A DNA stretch of 64,000 nt from Patescibacteria group bacterium (GCA_041650915.1 JBAZKE010000001.1:251284-315283); one strand, 5' to 3'. Shown: positions 46,269 to 56,431, numbered from the stretch's first letter. Notes: generated by a model from the sequence alone, not told the origin. Translations and numbers: made by a program.

Positions 46269-47327
46269 ATGGCAAGCGACGACAAACAGCTGACGATAAA
46301 TATCTCCACATCCACGATTGTGAAGGTTCTCGTCGTGATCTTTACGCTGGCGCTCCTGTATATGCTTCGGGATGTGCTGCTCATGCTGGTAGTCTCGATC
46401 GTGCTCGCGACGGCACTTAATCCGTGGGTGAACGCCCTGCAGCGCCGGAGGGTTCCGCGCATTGTTGCTACGATTTTCATTTACCTCGCTTTTTTCGGCT
46501 CTTTCATTATCGTGCTCGTGCTGCTCATTCCGCCAATCGCGACCGAGGTCACCGACATCGCGAAAAATTTTCCGACGTACTATGAGCGCATTCTCAACGA
46601 TTTCCAGCGATTTCGGGAATTTTCCCTGCAGCAGAATCTGCTGACGTCGCTCGACTCGGCACTCCAATCGCTCCAGACCAATATCGCGCAGACGACGGCG
46701 AGCGCATTCAGCGGGATCGTCGGCATTTTTGGCGGGCTGTTTTCATTCCTCGGCGTCGTTGTTATTACATTCTACATGCTGCTCGAGGAGAATGCCCTCA
46801 AGAAGTTCATCCGATCCGTTACGCCGGTTAAGTACCAGCCGTACGTCTTTCAGCTCATGAACCGTTCGCAGGAGCGGCTCCGGCTGTGGCTCCGGGGGCA
46901 GCTCATTCTCTGCCTCATTATTGGTTTCTTAGCGTGGCTCGGGATGACCATTCTCGGCGTCCGCTACTCGCTCGTCCTGGGCCTGTGGGCGGGGCTTACC
47001 GAGTTCATCCCGTACCTTGGGCCGCTCCTTGGCGCGATACCGGCCGTATTCATCGCCCTCACGACCGGCAGCTTCTGGAAGGCGGTTTTCGTCGTGGTGT
47101 GGTTCATTATTATCCAGCAGATGGAGAATAACCTGATCGTGCCGAAGGTCATGGCAAAAACCGTCGGCCTCAATCCGCTCGTCGTCATCGTCGTCATGCT
47201 CATCGGCGCCAAGCTCGCGGGCATTGTCGGGCTGCTGCTCGCGGTGCCGGTCGCGCTCATCCTGAAGGCGTTTGCCGAAGATTTTTTTGCGCTCAAAGAG
47301 GAGGAAGACACAACGCTCGCCGCATAA
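46269..47327 (+). CDS. AI-2E family transporter
   Basis: Multi-TM; WLRGQL, FIPYLG, QQ.ENN.IVPK.M..VGL.P. Confidence 0.93.
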   Translation: MASDDKQLTINISTSTIVKVLVVIFTLALLYMLRDVLLMLVVSIVLATALNPWVNALQRRRVPRIVATIFIYLAFFGSFIIVLVLLIPPIATEVTDIAKNFPTYYERILNDFQRFREFSLQQNLLTSLDSALQSLQTNIAQTTASAFSGIVGIFGGLFSFLGVVVITFYMLLEENALKKFIRSVTPVKYQPYVFQLMNRSQERLRLWLRGQLILCLIIGFLAWLGMTILGVRYSLVLGLWAGLTEFIPYLGPLLGAIPAVFIALTTGSFWKAVFVVVWFIIIQQMENNLIVPKVMAKTVGLNPLVVIVVMLIGAKLAGIVGLLLAVPVALILKAFAEDFFALKEEEDTTLAA

Positions 47328-47342
47328 GGAAACCATTGAACT

Positions 47343-48020
47343 ATGGCAACGCTCTACGTAGTCGCGACGCCGATCGGCAACCTGGAGGATATTACGTTCC
47401 GCGCACTCGATACGTTCAGGCGGGCCGATTTCATCGTGTGCGAGGATACGCGGCACACGCTGCAGCTCCTCAACCACTTCGAGGTCAAGAAGCCGCTTAT
47501 CAGCTTCCACCAGCACTCGAAGCTGCAGAAAATCAATGAGCTGATCGAATTGCTCCGCCGGGGAAAGAATCTGGCGCTCGTTACCGATGCCGGCACGCCG
47601 GCGCTGTCTGATCCGGGCGGCGTTCTTGTCGAACGCGTGGTCCACGAGCTCAAGGGCGAGGTCAATATCGTACCGATTCCGGGCGCGTCAGCGCTTACCG
47701 CAATCATTTCTGCGGCGGGAATCCCCACGGACAGGTTCACGTTTCTCGGTTTTCTCCCGCACAAGAAGGGCAGGCAGGCGCTTTTCACGCGGATTGCCGA
47801 ATCCGGAGAAACTGTTATTTTTTACGAATCAACGCATCGGATAGAAAAGGCGCTCACGTCACTCGCCGAAGTGCTTGATGAGAGCAGGCGCGTGGTTGTC
47901 GGACGTGAGCTCACGAAGAAGTTCGAAACGATTTACCGGGGATCCGCGAGAGAAGTGCTGAAGAAACTCCTTGCTGACAATACGAAGGGGGAGTTTGTGG
48001 TGGTCGTTTCCGGGAAGTGA
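47343..48020 (+). CDS. rsmI: 16S rRNA (cytidine1402-2'-O)-methyltransferase
   Basis: LYVVATPIGNLEDIT, EDTR, DAGTP.LSDPG, RELTKKFE. Confidence 0.97.
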   Translation: MATLYVVATPIGNLEDITFRALDTFRRADFIVCEDTRHTLQLLNHFEVKKPLISFHQHSKLQKINELIELLRRGKNLALVTDAGTPALSDPGGVLVERVVHELKGEVNIVPIPGASALTAIISAAGIPTDRFTFLGFLPHKKGRQALFTRIAESGETVIFYESTHRIEKALTSLAEVLDESRRVVVGRELTKKFETIYRGSAREVLKKLLADNTKGEFVVVVSGK

Positions 48021-48083
48021 GCCACAATCAAAAAACAGGCACGTTTGTGGAGAAGCCGGTTTTTTTGGTATACTGACACCACT

Positions 48084-49520
48084 ATGGCAAAGAAATTTTA
48101 CATCACAACACCAATCTATTATGTAAACGACAAGCCGCACATCGGGCACGCCTACACGACCATCGCGGCTGACGTTCTCGCGCGGCACTACCGCCAGAAA
48201 GGGTATGATGTCTTCTTTTTAACCGGTACGGACGAGCACGGCGCGAAGGTCGCGGAGAGCGCGGCCAAAGCCAGGCTCGATCCGCAGTCGTTCTGTGACC
48301 AGAACAGCGCGCTGTTCAAGGAAGCATTCAAAGAGCTTAATATCTCGAATGATTTTTTTATCCGCACCACCGACGAGCGGCATGCGGCGTCTGTTTCCAA
48401 GTTCATGCAGGTGCTGTACGACCGGGGGGATATCTACGAGGGGACGTACGAGGGCTTGTACTGCGTGGGGTGCGAGAAGTTCATGAAAGAGCGCGACCTC
48501 GACGAAGCGGGTAACTGCCCTGACCACGGCAAACCGCCGGAAAAGGTCAGCGAGAAGAATTATTTTTTCAATCTCTCAAAATACCTCAAGCAAGTCCAGG
48601 CGCTCATCGAGGCCGACACGATCACGGTGCTGCCCGCAACGAAAAAGCAGGAGGTTCTCGGCCTGTTCAAGCAGGGGCTGGAGGATTTCTCCGTATCGCG
48701 CGAAAAGGTGGCGTGGGGCATCCCGCTGCCGTTCGATCAGAAGCAGAAAACGTACGTGTGGGTGGAGGCGCTGCAGAATTACATTTCGGCGGTCGGCTAC
48801 GGGGATCATGAGAAGGAATTCGCGAAGTGGTGGCCGGCAGACGTGCACCTCATGGCGAGGGACATCATAAAGTTCCACGCGATATACTGGCCGGCAATGC
48901 TGCTCGCCGCCGATATCGAGGTTCCGAGGGTTATCTACGCGCACGGCTTCTTCAGCCTCGACAAGAGGAAGATGTCAAAGACGCTCGGCAACGTGATCGA
49001 TCCGCACGAGCTCGTGCAAGAATTCGGCGTCGACGCTACGCGGTACCTGCTCTTGTCGCAGTTTCCGTTCGGGCAGGACGGTGATATCAAGCGCTCGCTG
49101 TTCAAAGAGAAGTACAATGCCGACCTCGCGAACAACCTCGGCAACCTTGTAAGTCGGGTGCTCAATATGATCGAGAAGTACGCAGGCGGCGTTATCCCGG
49201 CACAGGTGCCATCTCCTATTTACCTCGAGCATAGTGACGAAAAAATTGAGCAGCTTCAGTTTGACCTCGTGCTCAATGAACTCTGGCAGGCGATCGACCA
49301 GGCAAACCAGCTCATCGATGAGAACGAGCCGTGGAAGATGGCGCAGGACGAGTCGAAAAAGGCTGGCCTCGACGTTCTCCTCGGGCAGCTCGCTGCATTC
49401 CTCATGGATTGCGCTGTCGCCATCCGCCCGTTCATGCCTTCAACCGGGGAGAAGATTATCGGCAGCCTCATGAGCCCGCGGATCGAAAAGGGGGATCCGC
49501 TCTTTCAACGTTTGAAATAA
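48084..49520 (+). CDS. metG: Methionine--tRNA ligase (short form)
   Basis: ITTPIYYVN.KPHIGHAY, TGTDEHG, CVGC..CPDH, KMSKT. Confidence 0.97.
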   Translation: MAKKFYITTPIYYVNDKPHIGHAYTTIAADVLARHYRQKGYDVFFLTGTDEHGAKVAESAAKARLDPQSFCDQNSALFKEAFKELNISNDFFIRTTDERHAASVSKFMQVLYDRGDIYEGTYEGLYCVGCEKFMKERDLDEAGNCPDHGKPPEKVSEKNYFFNLSKYLKQVQALIEADTITVLPATKKQEVLGLFKQGLEDFSVSREKVAWGIPLPFDQKQKTYVWVEALQNYISAVGYGDHEKEFAKWWPADVHLMARDIIKFHAIYWPAMLLAADIEVPRVIYAHGFFSLDKRKMSKTLGNVIDPHELVQEFGVDATRYLLLSQFPFGQDGDIKRSLFKEKYNADLANNLGNLVSRVLNMIEKYAGGVIPAQVPSPIYLEHSDEKIEQLQFDLVLNELWQAIDQANQLIDENEPWKMAQDESKKAGLDVLLGQLAAFLMDCAVAIRPFMPSTGEKIIGSLMSPRIEKGDPLFQRLK

Positions 49521-49534
49521 CTAATCCATAGCTT

Positions 49535-50053
49535 ATGGCAACGTTCGACATTATTTTGCTCCTCGTCTTCTTCGGATTCGTCGGCGCAGGATTTTACTTC
49601 GGCCTCATCCATACGCTTGGTGCGGTCATCGGCGCCGTGCTCGGCGTCATCGTTGCCGGCTCTCTCTACGAGCAGGTTTCACCCTTTCTGCAGTTTTTTA
49701 TGCTCAAGGAGGGTGTTGCGGACGTGCTCTCATTCATCATCGTGTTTATTGTCATCAGCCGGCTTATCGGGTATATGGTCCACGTGCTCGACAAGGGATT
49801 CAAACTCGCGCGGCTCATTCCGTTCGCAACGACCGTCAACCGTTTTGGCGGGGCACTCCTCGGCTTCTTTGAGGCCGCGCTCGTGCTCGGCACCGTGCTG
49901 TACGTTGCGAGCCACTTCCAGCTCTCCCCGGAGATCAACGCGGCGATTGACCGTTCGCCGTTCGCCGGGCTCCTCATGACCATCGCGAGCGTCCTCGTAC
50001 CGCTCATCCCCGATTCGCTGAAGGTCAACGTGATTACCCCTTACACAACGTAG
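49535..50053 (+). CDS. CvpA family membrane protein
   Basis: DIILL...GF..GLI, NRFGGALLG. Confidence 0.85.
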   Translation: MATFDIILLLVFFGFVGAGFYFGLIHTLGAVIGAVLGVIVAGSLYEQVSPFLQFFMLKEGVADVLSFIIVFIVISRLIGYMVHVLDKGFKLARLIPFATTVNRFGGALLGFFEAALVLGTVLYVASHFQLSPEINAAIDRSPFAGLLMTIASVLVPLIPDSLKVNVITPYTT

Positions 50054-50057
50054 CTCT

Positions 50058-50891
50058 ATGGCTCTTCGGCTCATCGATACGCACGCACACCTCGATTTTG
50101 TTGAGTACGCGTCAGACCGCAACGAGGTCATCGGGCGCGCTTTCAATACCGGAATCGAAAAAATCATCAACATCGGCGCCGACTATGCGCACTTCAAGTC
50201 AACGCTCGAGCTGTCCTTTGCGTACGACAATATCTACGCGGTCGTTGGCCTCCACCCGCAGGAAGCGGTATCGCTCCTCGCGCAAAGCAGCGACATTGAC
50301 CGCGAAGTGAAGCAGATTCAGCAGCGGATCGAGAGTTTCAGTGACTATAAAACAATGGTCGGCATCGGCGAAATTGGCTTGGATTTTTTCCATATCGCGC
50401 GGGAATCGAGCGCGATGCAGCCTTCAATAACGAACTTGCAACACAGGCTTTTCGAGGCGCAGGTCGAGACCGCACTCAAGGTAGACCTGCCGATCGTCAT
50501 CCATGCACGGGATGCGTACGGGGAGATACTCGAGGTGCTGTCACGGTATGCGGGCAGGGGAAATCTCCGCGGCGTAGTCCATAGCTTTGAGGGCGATTTT
50601 GAAACAGCCATGAAGTTTATTCAGCTCGGGATTAAAATTTCGTTCAACGGCATCATCACGTACGAGCGGACTCACGATGAGCTCGCCGCAATCAAGGAAA
50701 TCCCGCTTACCGAAATTATGCTCGAGACGGACTGCCCATACCTGACGCCGGAACCGCTCCGCGGGCAGCGGAACGAGCCGTCCAATGTTGAATATATCGC
50801 ACGGAAAGTCGCCGCACTCAGGGGGATATCGGCCGAGGCCGTGGCTGGCCAGACAACGGAGAATGCGATTAAGCTCTTTAACCTCGGATAG
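50058..50891 (+). CDS. tatD: TatD family hydrolase
   Basis: DTHAHL, GLHP, GEIGLD, IHAR, VHSF, LETDCPYL. Confidence 0.93.
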   Translation: MALRLIDTHAHLDFVEYASDRNEVIGRAFNTGIEKIINIGADYAHFKSTLELSFAYDNIYAVVGLHPQEAVSLLAQSSDIDREVKQIQQRIESFSDYKTMVGIGEIGLDFFHIARESSAMQPSITNLQHRLFEAQVETALKVDLPIVIHARDAYGEILEVLSRYAGRGNLRGVVHSFEGDFETAMKFIQLGIKISFNGIITYERTHDELAAIKEIPLTEIMLETDCPYLTPEPLRGQRNEPSNVEYIARKVAALRGISAEAVAGQTTENAIKLFNLG

Positions 50892-50894
50892 GTT

Positions 50895-51734
50895 ATGCTC
50901 ATCGACACCCACGCACATCTAAATTTTTCGGCCTTTCGCGACGATATCGACGAGGTAGCCAAGCGTACCCTCGCTGAGGGCATGAAGGTGATTAACGTAG
51001 GCTCGCAGCGCTCAACCAGCGAACGGGCGATTGCGCTCGCCAAGCAGTATGCGGGAAGCATGTACGCGGCGGTCGGTTTGCACCCGATGCACCTCTTTGA
51101 GATGGAGGTGGACGAATCTGAAATATCTTTTGCGACCAGGCAGGAAGACTTCAATGCGGAGCGCTATGGGGAGCTCGCCGCGCACGGGGGTGTCGTTGCG
51201 ATCGGCGAGATGGGCATTGACTACTTCCACGTCCCGCAGGCGATTCCGATCGACGAGTTTGAGCACAAGCAGAAGCTGACGTTCCTTCGGGGCGTTGAGC
51301 TCGCGCAAAAGCTCCGCCTGCCTATCATCCTCCACTGCCGCGGCAGCAAGAAAGATGAGGCGCGCGCGTACGAACACATGCTCGAGGTGCTTGATCAAAC
51401 CGGCTGCACCAACGGCGTACTGCATTGCTATTCTTCCACGTGGGATATCGCGAAAAAGTTCCTTGATCGGGGCTTTATGATCTCATTCACCGGCATTATC
51501 ACGTACCCAAAAACGCATGAGCTTGAACGGGTGGTGAAGAATGCTCCGATGGACCGTATGATGGTCGAGACGGATGCGCCATACCTTGCACCGCAGATCG
51601 TACGCGGCAAGCGGAATGAACCACGGTTTGTCCGGTATGTTGCCGAGCGGATCGCGCACATCAAGAAGCTTAAGTACGAGGAGGTTGAGGACATTACCAC
51701 AGCCAACGCGGTTTCTTTTTTCAAGCTGAGCTAG
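50895..51734 (+). CDS. tatD: TatD family hydrolase (second paralog)
   Basis: DTHAHL, GLHP, GEMGID, LHCR, LHCY, VETDAPYL. Confidence 0.93.
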   Translation: MLIDTHAHLNFSAFRDDIDEVAKRTLAEGMKVINVGSQRSTSERAIALAKQYAGSMYAAVGLHPMHLFEMEVDESEISFATRQEDFNAERYGELAAHGGVVAIGEMGIDYFHVPQAIPIDEFEHKQKLTFLRGVELAQKLRLPIILHCRGSKKDEARAYEHMLEVLDQTGCTNGVLHCYSSTWDIAKKFLDRGFMISFTGIITYPKTHELERVVKNAPMDRMMVETDAPYLAPQIVRGKRNEPRFVRYVAERIAHIKKLKYEEVEDITTANAVSFFKLS

Positions 51735-51825
51735 AGGCCCGATTGACAAATACGTTCCGATAGCATACCGTAAGGAAAACTATAGAGGGTTTGTTTTTTC
51801 TGTAACTTTCACAAAGGAGGATTCA

Positions 51826-52203
51826 GTGGATGCACAGGTAGCTGTTTTCAAGGATATTCTGTGCGAAGAGGCGAGACTGCTCATTTCGCAGTGCTCTGGG
51901 AAGATAACTGACCGCATTACGTGGGGCAGGCTCCTGCAGCACTGCCGCACGTGCCACGTGTGCGCAGAGCTCTTCCTGGGACATCACAAGGGACAGATCG
52001 CGATCATCGCAGCGCAGGTAATCAACCGCGAGGTCATACCCGGGCACCGGTACTATGCCCTCGCCAACGTTGAGATGCACTTCCCGAAGCTGCTGGTCGA
52101 AGCACTCCAGGGCGGGGATCTGACCGATGACGAAAAAGCGCTCATCGCAGAGCACGTCGGTTCTTGCCACGAGTGCAAGCAGCACGTGCCCAGCGCGCAA
52201 TAA
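51826..52203 (+). CDS. Hypothetical protein with two HxxxCxxC motifs
   Basis: AGGAGG SD plus GTG; HCRTCHVC and HVGSCHEC; TTGACA at 51743; hairpin at 52222-52247. Confidence 0.7.
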   Translation: MDAQVAVFKDILCEEARLLISQCSGKITDRITWGRLLQHCRTCHVCAELFLGHHKGQIAIIAAQVINREVIPGHRYYALANVEMHFPKLLVEALQGGDLTDDEKALIAEHVGSCHECKQHVPSAQ

Positions 52204-52291
52204 GGCGATTCAAGCCACTAAGCCCACAGGCGACCGTACCTGTGGGCGTTGTATTTTACGGACGCTCGTTCCGCGTGATATACTACCGTAT

Positions 52292-53359
52292 ATGGATACA
52301 TCGGCAATTATCATCAGCGCTGTCGTCATCGTAGGTTTTATCATTACCTACGTTCTCGTGTTCCGAAAAAAAGGGGAGAGCGGCGCGAACCCCGAGCTGA
52401 AAGAGCAGCTCGTGCGGCTCGAGGAGCGGATTGCGCAGCTCAATGAGAAGAGCAGTGAACTTACGCGTACTGTTGATTCCAAGCTCGCCGACTCCACCAA
52501 GGCGATCCAGCAGCAGTTCGGGGAATCGACAAAGATCGTGCGGAACGTAACAGAGCGCTTAACGAAGTTAGACGAAACCAACAAGCAGGTGCTGAATTTT
52601 TCGGACCAGCTCAAGAATTTGCAGGACATCCTCAAGAACCCGAAGCAGCGGGGCGTGCTCGGCGAATACTACCTCGAGGAGACACTCAAGAACGTGCTGC
52701 CTCCAAACTCGTACAAGATGCAGTACAAGTTTAAGGACGGCGAGATCGTCGATGCGGTTGTCTTTGTGAAAGATAAGATTATACCGGTCGATTCGAAGTT
52801 TTCATTGGAAAACTATGAGCGCATTTTAAATGAACGGGATGAGAAAGAACGGCAGGCGCTTGAGGCACAGTTTAAAATGGACCTGAAGAACAGGATTGAT
52901 GAGACGTCGAAATACGTGCGGCCGTCTGAAAATACGATGGATTTCGCGTTCATGTTCATTCCGTCTGAGGCGATCTACTATGACCTCTTGGTGAACAAAG
53001 TCGGCGCTGTGAAGGTGAATACGCGCGACCTTATCGAGTACGCCTTCAAGGACAAGCACGTGATCATCGTTTCCCCGACCAGTTTTCTCGCATACCTGCA
53101 GACGGTGCTCCAGGGCTTGCGCGCGCTTCAGATCGAGGAGTCTGCAAAGGAGATCCGGAAGAACGTCGAGGCGCTCGGCAAACACATCATGAGCTTCGAG
53201 TCGTCGATGGCAAAGCTCGGCAACCACCTCGGCACGACAGTCAACACCTACAACTCGGCATCGAAAGAGTTTAAGAAGATAGATAAAGACGTTTTAAAGA
53301 TTGCTGATGTTGGGGGAAACGTCGAGCCGATTGAACTTGACCGGCCGCAACAAGACTAG
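52292..53359 (+). CDS. rmuC: DNA recombination protein RmuC
   Basis: N-terminal TM, coiled coil, KQRGVLGE..L, D....DSKF, DFAFMFIPSE, VSPT. Confidence 0.93.
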   Translation: MDTSAIIISAVVIVGFIITYVLVFRKKGESGANPELKEQLVRLEERIAQLNEKSSELTRTVDSKLADSTKAIQQQFGESTKIVRNVTERLTKLDETNKQVLNFSDQLKNLQDILKNPKQRGVLGEYYLEETLKNVLPPNSYKMQYKFKDGEIVDAVVFVKDKIIPVDSKFSLENYERILNERDEKERQALEAQFKMDLKNRIDETSKYVRPSENTMDFAFMFIPSEAIYYDLLVNKVGAVKVNTRDLIEYAFKDKHVIIVSPTSFLAYLQTVLQGLRALQIEESAKEIRKNVEALGKHIMSFESSMAKLGNHLGTTVNTYNSASKEFKKIDKDVLKIADVGGNVEPIELDRPQQD

Positions 53360-53490
53360 GTTCCTCGAACAGTATGTGGAGGTTGCGAGGTTTTTTGCTA
53401 AGGAGAGCCATTTTTGCGTTTTTTTACGATGTCTCGAGAATCGCCGGGGCTTGATTTATTATCAAATATGGGTTAGTATTATAGCCAACT

Positions 53491-53499
53491 TGTGGATAA
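53491..53499 (-). promoter_or_regulatory. Perfect DnaA box upstream of the atp operon
   Basis: TGTGGATAA is the reverse complement of TTATCCACA. Confidence 0.4.
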
Positions 53500-53567
53500 A
53501 AAGGTATTATTTGCCTTGAAAAAAAGGTTAATTTGCCGTTCGCGAACAGCACTTTTAATAGAACCGT

Positions 53568-53858
53568 ATGCCGCATGAAGAGCCGCAAAAACCATGGTGG
53601 CAGCCAGCACTGACCGTTTTTGGGGAGGTGACCGGCTGGATCGCAGCGCCAATACTGATTGCGCTCTTTTCGGGAAGGTACCTGGATGAAAAGTTTGACA
53701 GTGAGCCGTGGTTTTTTCTTGGATTAACGGCAGCCGCCTTCATTGTTTCAACGGTCGGCATCGTACAAGTCGCAGGCAAGTATATCAAGCAATTAGAAAA
53801 AGACAGCACAAACAGCAAGAAGACACATGAGCGAAGCAACGGAAAACATAACAGCTGA
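53568..53858 (+). CDS. AtpZ/AtpI family protein
   Basis: G.YLD..F.SEPWF motif; first gene of the atp operon. Confidence 0.85.
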   Translation: MPHEEPQKPWWQPALTVFGEVTGWIAAPILIALFSGRYLDEKFDSEPWFFLGLTAAAFIVSTVGIVQVAGKYIKQLEKDSTNSKKTHERSNGKHNS

Positions 53859-54723
53859 AGAGCCCGGCGTCGCGGAGGCGCACACGGGCGATGAGGGCGA
53901 AGCTGCGGAAACGCACGAAGAGGTTTCACACGAAATCACACTGTACGCTGAGCCGGTATTTTCGATTGGCAGCTTTGAGGTTACCAATGCGCTCATTAAC
54001 TCGTGGGTCGTTGTTTTTCTCCTCGTCGTACTCGCAATGGTTATCCGCAAGAAAATTGCCCGCATCCCGCGGGGGATCCAGAATGCATTCGAGATCGTCG
54101 TTGAGGGCGCCATGAACATGGCAGACTCGGTTACCGGCGATCGCCGGAAGACGGTGAGGATCTTTCCATTCGTGTTTGCAGTTTTTATTTTTATCCTCCT
54201 CAACAACTGGCTCGGCCTCATTCCGGGCATCGGGTCAATCGGATTCATCGAAGAGGGGCATGGCGCCGCCCTGTTTATTCCGTTTTTCAGGGGCGGCACC
54301 GCTGACCTCAACACGACCCTCGCACTCGCGCTTTTCGCCGTGGTCGGATCCAATGTATTTGGCATGCTGGTCGTCGGCGTCTGGAAGCATATCAATAAAT
54401 ATATCGGGCTGAAACTGCTCGCCGAAATTCCGATGAAGATTAGAAAGGAGCCGACCGTCATTTTCGTCAATCCGATCAAGTTTTTCGTCGGCATCATTGA
54501 AATCATCGGTGAGGTCGCGAAGATAGCATCGCTGTCATTTCGTCTCTTCGGCAATATATTCGCCGGGGAGGTGCTGCTGTCGTCGATGGCCGTTATCTTT
54601 GCGTTCGTACTGCCGGTCCCGTTCATGTTTCTCGAGGTGATTGTCGGCCTGATCCAAGCCCTCATCTTCGCGATGCTCATGCTCGTATACTTCACGATCG
54701 CATCGACCGCGGAGGAGCACTAG
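53827..54723 (+). CDS. atpB: ATP synthase Fo subunit a
   Basis: NWLGLIPG, TADLN.T.ALA, SLSFRLFGNIFAGE, IQALIF. Confidence 0.97.
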   Translation: MSEATENITAEEPGVAEAHTGDEGEAAETHEEVSHEITLYAEPVFSIGSFEVTNALINSWVVVFLLVVLAMVIRKKIARIPRGIQNAFEIVVEGAMNMADSVTGDRRKTVRIFPFVFAVFIFILLNNWLGLIPGIGSIGFIEEGHGAALFIPFFRGGTADLNTTLALALFAVVGSNVFGMLVVGVWKHINKYIGLKLLAEIPMKIRKEPTVIFVNPIKFFVGIIEIIGEVAKIASLSFRLFGNIFAGEVLLSSMAVIFAFVLPVPFMFLEVIVGLIQALIFAMLMLVYFTIASTAEEH

Positions 54724-54728
54724 CGGGC

Positions 54729-54791
54729 TGTCATCCTGGATTTGATACGGAGTCTCAGCCACTGAAATTCCGCATCAGGCCCGGAATGATA
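54729..54791. repeat. Degenerate REP-like hairpin pair between atpB and atpE
   Basis: TGTCATCCTGGATTTGATACGGAGT ... ATTCCGCATCAGGCCCGGAATGATA, an imperfect inverted repeat. Confidence 0.6.
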
Positions 54792-54802
54792 AGAATTAAT
54801 AA

Positions 54803-55093
<291 letters not shown>

Positions 55094-55165
55094 CCGTATG
55101 ACGGACAGGGGTTGAGCACGCCTCGTACCCCTGTGGCCATAAGACTATAAATGACATCATAACGT

Positions 55166-55663
55166 ATGGATGAATTAGTAAAAACGTTCCACATCGACTG
55201 GAAGCTGCTCATCGCCCAGGTTATCAACTTCGGGATTGTGCTCGGCGTGCTCTGGTACTTCGCGTTGAAACCGCTCATGAAGGTCATGCAGAAGCGAAGC
55301 AACGATATCGACAAGAGCCTCAAGCAGGCGAAGGAGATCGAACAGAAACTCAGCGAAGCTGAGCAGTCCAAGGAAAAGATTATCATCGAAGCAAAACAGG
55401 AGGCGCAGATCATCATGGAACAGACGAACAAGCAAGCTGAAGCAGTGAAGGGTGAGAAGCTCGCACAGACGCGGGCAGAGATGGATAAGCTTGCCGCGAA
55501 AGCACGGGCTGACCTGCAAGCGGAAAAGGAGAAGATGCTCGCGGAGGCGAAGGTATCGGTTGCCGACCTCGTCGTCGCCGCGGCAGAGAAAGTAATCAAA
55601 AAGAACGTGGATACCGAGACCAACCGCAAGCTGGTCGAGGATGCCGTGAAGGAGATGAAGTAG
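55166..55663 (+). CDS. atpF: ATP synthase Fo subunit b
   Basis: IDWKLLIAQVINF TM plus coiled coil. Confidence 0.95.
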   Translation: MDELVKTFHIDWKLLIAQVINFGIVLGVLWYFALKPLMKVMQKRSNDIDKSLKQAKEIEQKLSEAEQSKEKIIIEAKQEAQIIMEQTNKQAEAVKGEKLAQTRAEMDKLAAKARADLQAEKEKMLAEAKVSVADLVVAAAEKVIKKNVDTETNRKLVEDAVKEMK

Positions 55664-55664
55664 T

Positions 55665-56066
55665 ATGAAGAGGTTTTCACCGCAGCAGTACGCCCATGGT
55701 TTGTATGAAGCGCTCCGGAATGCGCCGGAAGAGAAAATTCCTGCAGCGTTAAAGTCTTTCGTCGCACTCGTTGCGCGCAACCGGGACCTGTCCAAATCGC
55801 CGAAAATCATTGAGGCATTCAGGGCATACGCCAATGAGCAGGAAAATATTCTGGAGATCGACATCAGCTCGGTAGAACCGCTCTCACAGGGCACCAAGCA
55901 GCTCATCATCAGGAATTTGGAAACCTCCCTCAAGAAAACGATCGTACTGAATGAATCAACGGATACCGGCTTGCTGGGGGGCATCGTCATGCGGTACGGC
56001 GACACAGTCATCAACGGCAGCGTTCAGAAAAGGTTGGAACTCCTGCACTCGACTTTGAAAAAGTAA
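55665..56066 (+). CDS. atpH: ATP synthase F1 delta (short form)
   Basis: YA..LY N-terminus, D..LLGGIV..GDTVINGSV. Confidence 0.9.
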   Translation: MKRFSPQQYAHGLYEALRNAPEEKIPAALKSFVALVARNRDLSKSPKIIEAFRAYANEQENILEIDISSVEPLSQGTKQLIIRNLETSLKKTIVLNESTDTGLLGGIVMRYGDTVINGSVQKRLELLHSTLKK

Positions 56067-56069
56067 TAC

Positions 56070-56095
56070 AAAAGCCGATCCAGGTGAATCGGCTT
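56070..56095 (-). terminator. Terminator for the antisense small gene
   Basis: Minus strand AAGCCGAT-TCACCTGG-ATCGGCTTTT. Confidence 0.6.
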
Positions 56096-56118
56096 AATGA
56101 AGGTCAGGATCAATCGTG

Positions 56119-56355
56119 CTAGTGCAACCACCAGCTTTTGCAGGTTGGTTCCGGGCATTCGACCCAGCCGCGTGCCGCAGAAAATGAGCAGTTGCACGAC
56201 GGGCAGGTAAAGTCCGGGATACCAGTGAGGCGATCCCATACGTTAATGAGCAGCCAGCGTTTCCAAAAGTAGAGCGTCAGTTGGTTAAGCGGACACAGAC
56301 GGTACTTATACAGAGCTGTACGGAACGCGGCACGGAATGAATAGATGGTATGCAA
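56119..56355 (-). CDS. Putative 78-aa Zn-ribbon protein, antisense within the atp operon
   Basis: GGAGG-9 nt-TTG start; FTCPSC...VECPEPTC; upstream TATACT and downstream terminator. Confidence 0.6.
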   Translation of the reverse strand: MHTIYSFRAAFRTALYKYRLCPLNQLTLYFWKRWLLINVWDRLTGIPDFTCPSCNCSFSAARGWVECPEPTCKSWWLH

Positions 56356-56431
56356 AAGAGCAATCCTCCGTTTCTGAACAGTATATAGGCTATCAATTAT
56401 TTTACATACTATATTAACAGGATAAAAGGAT

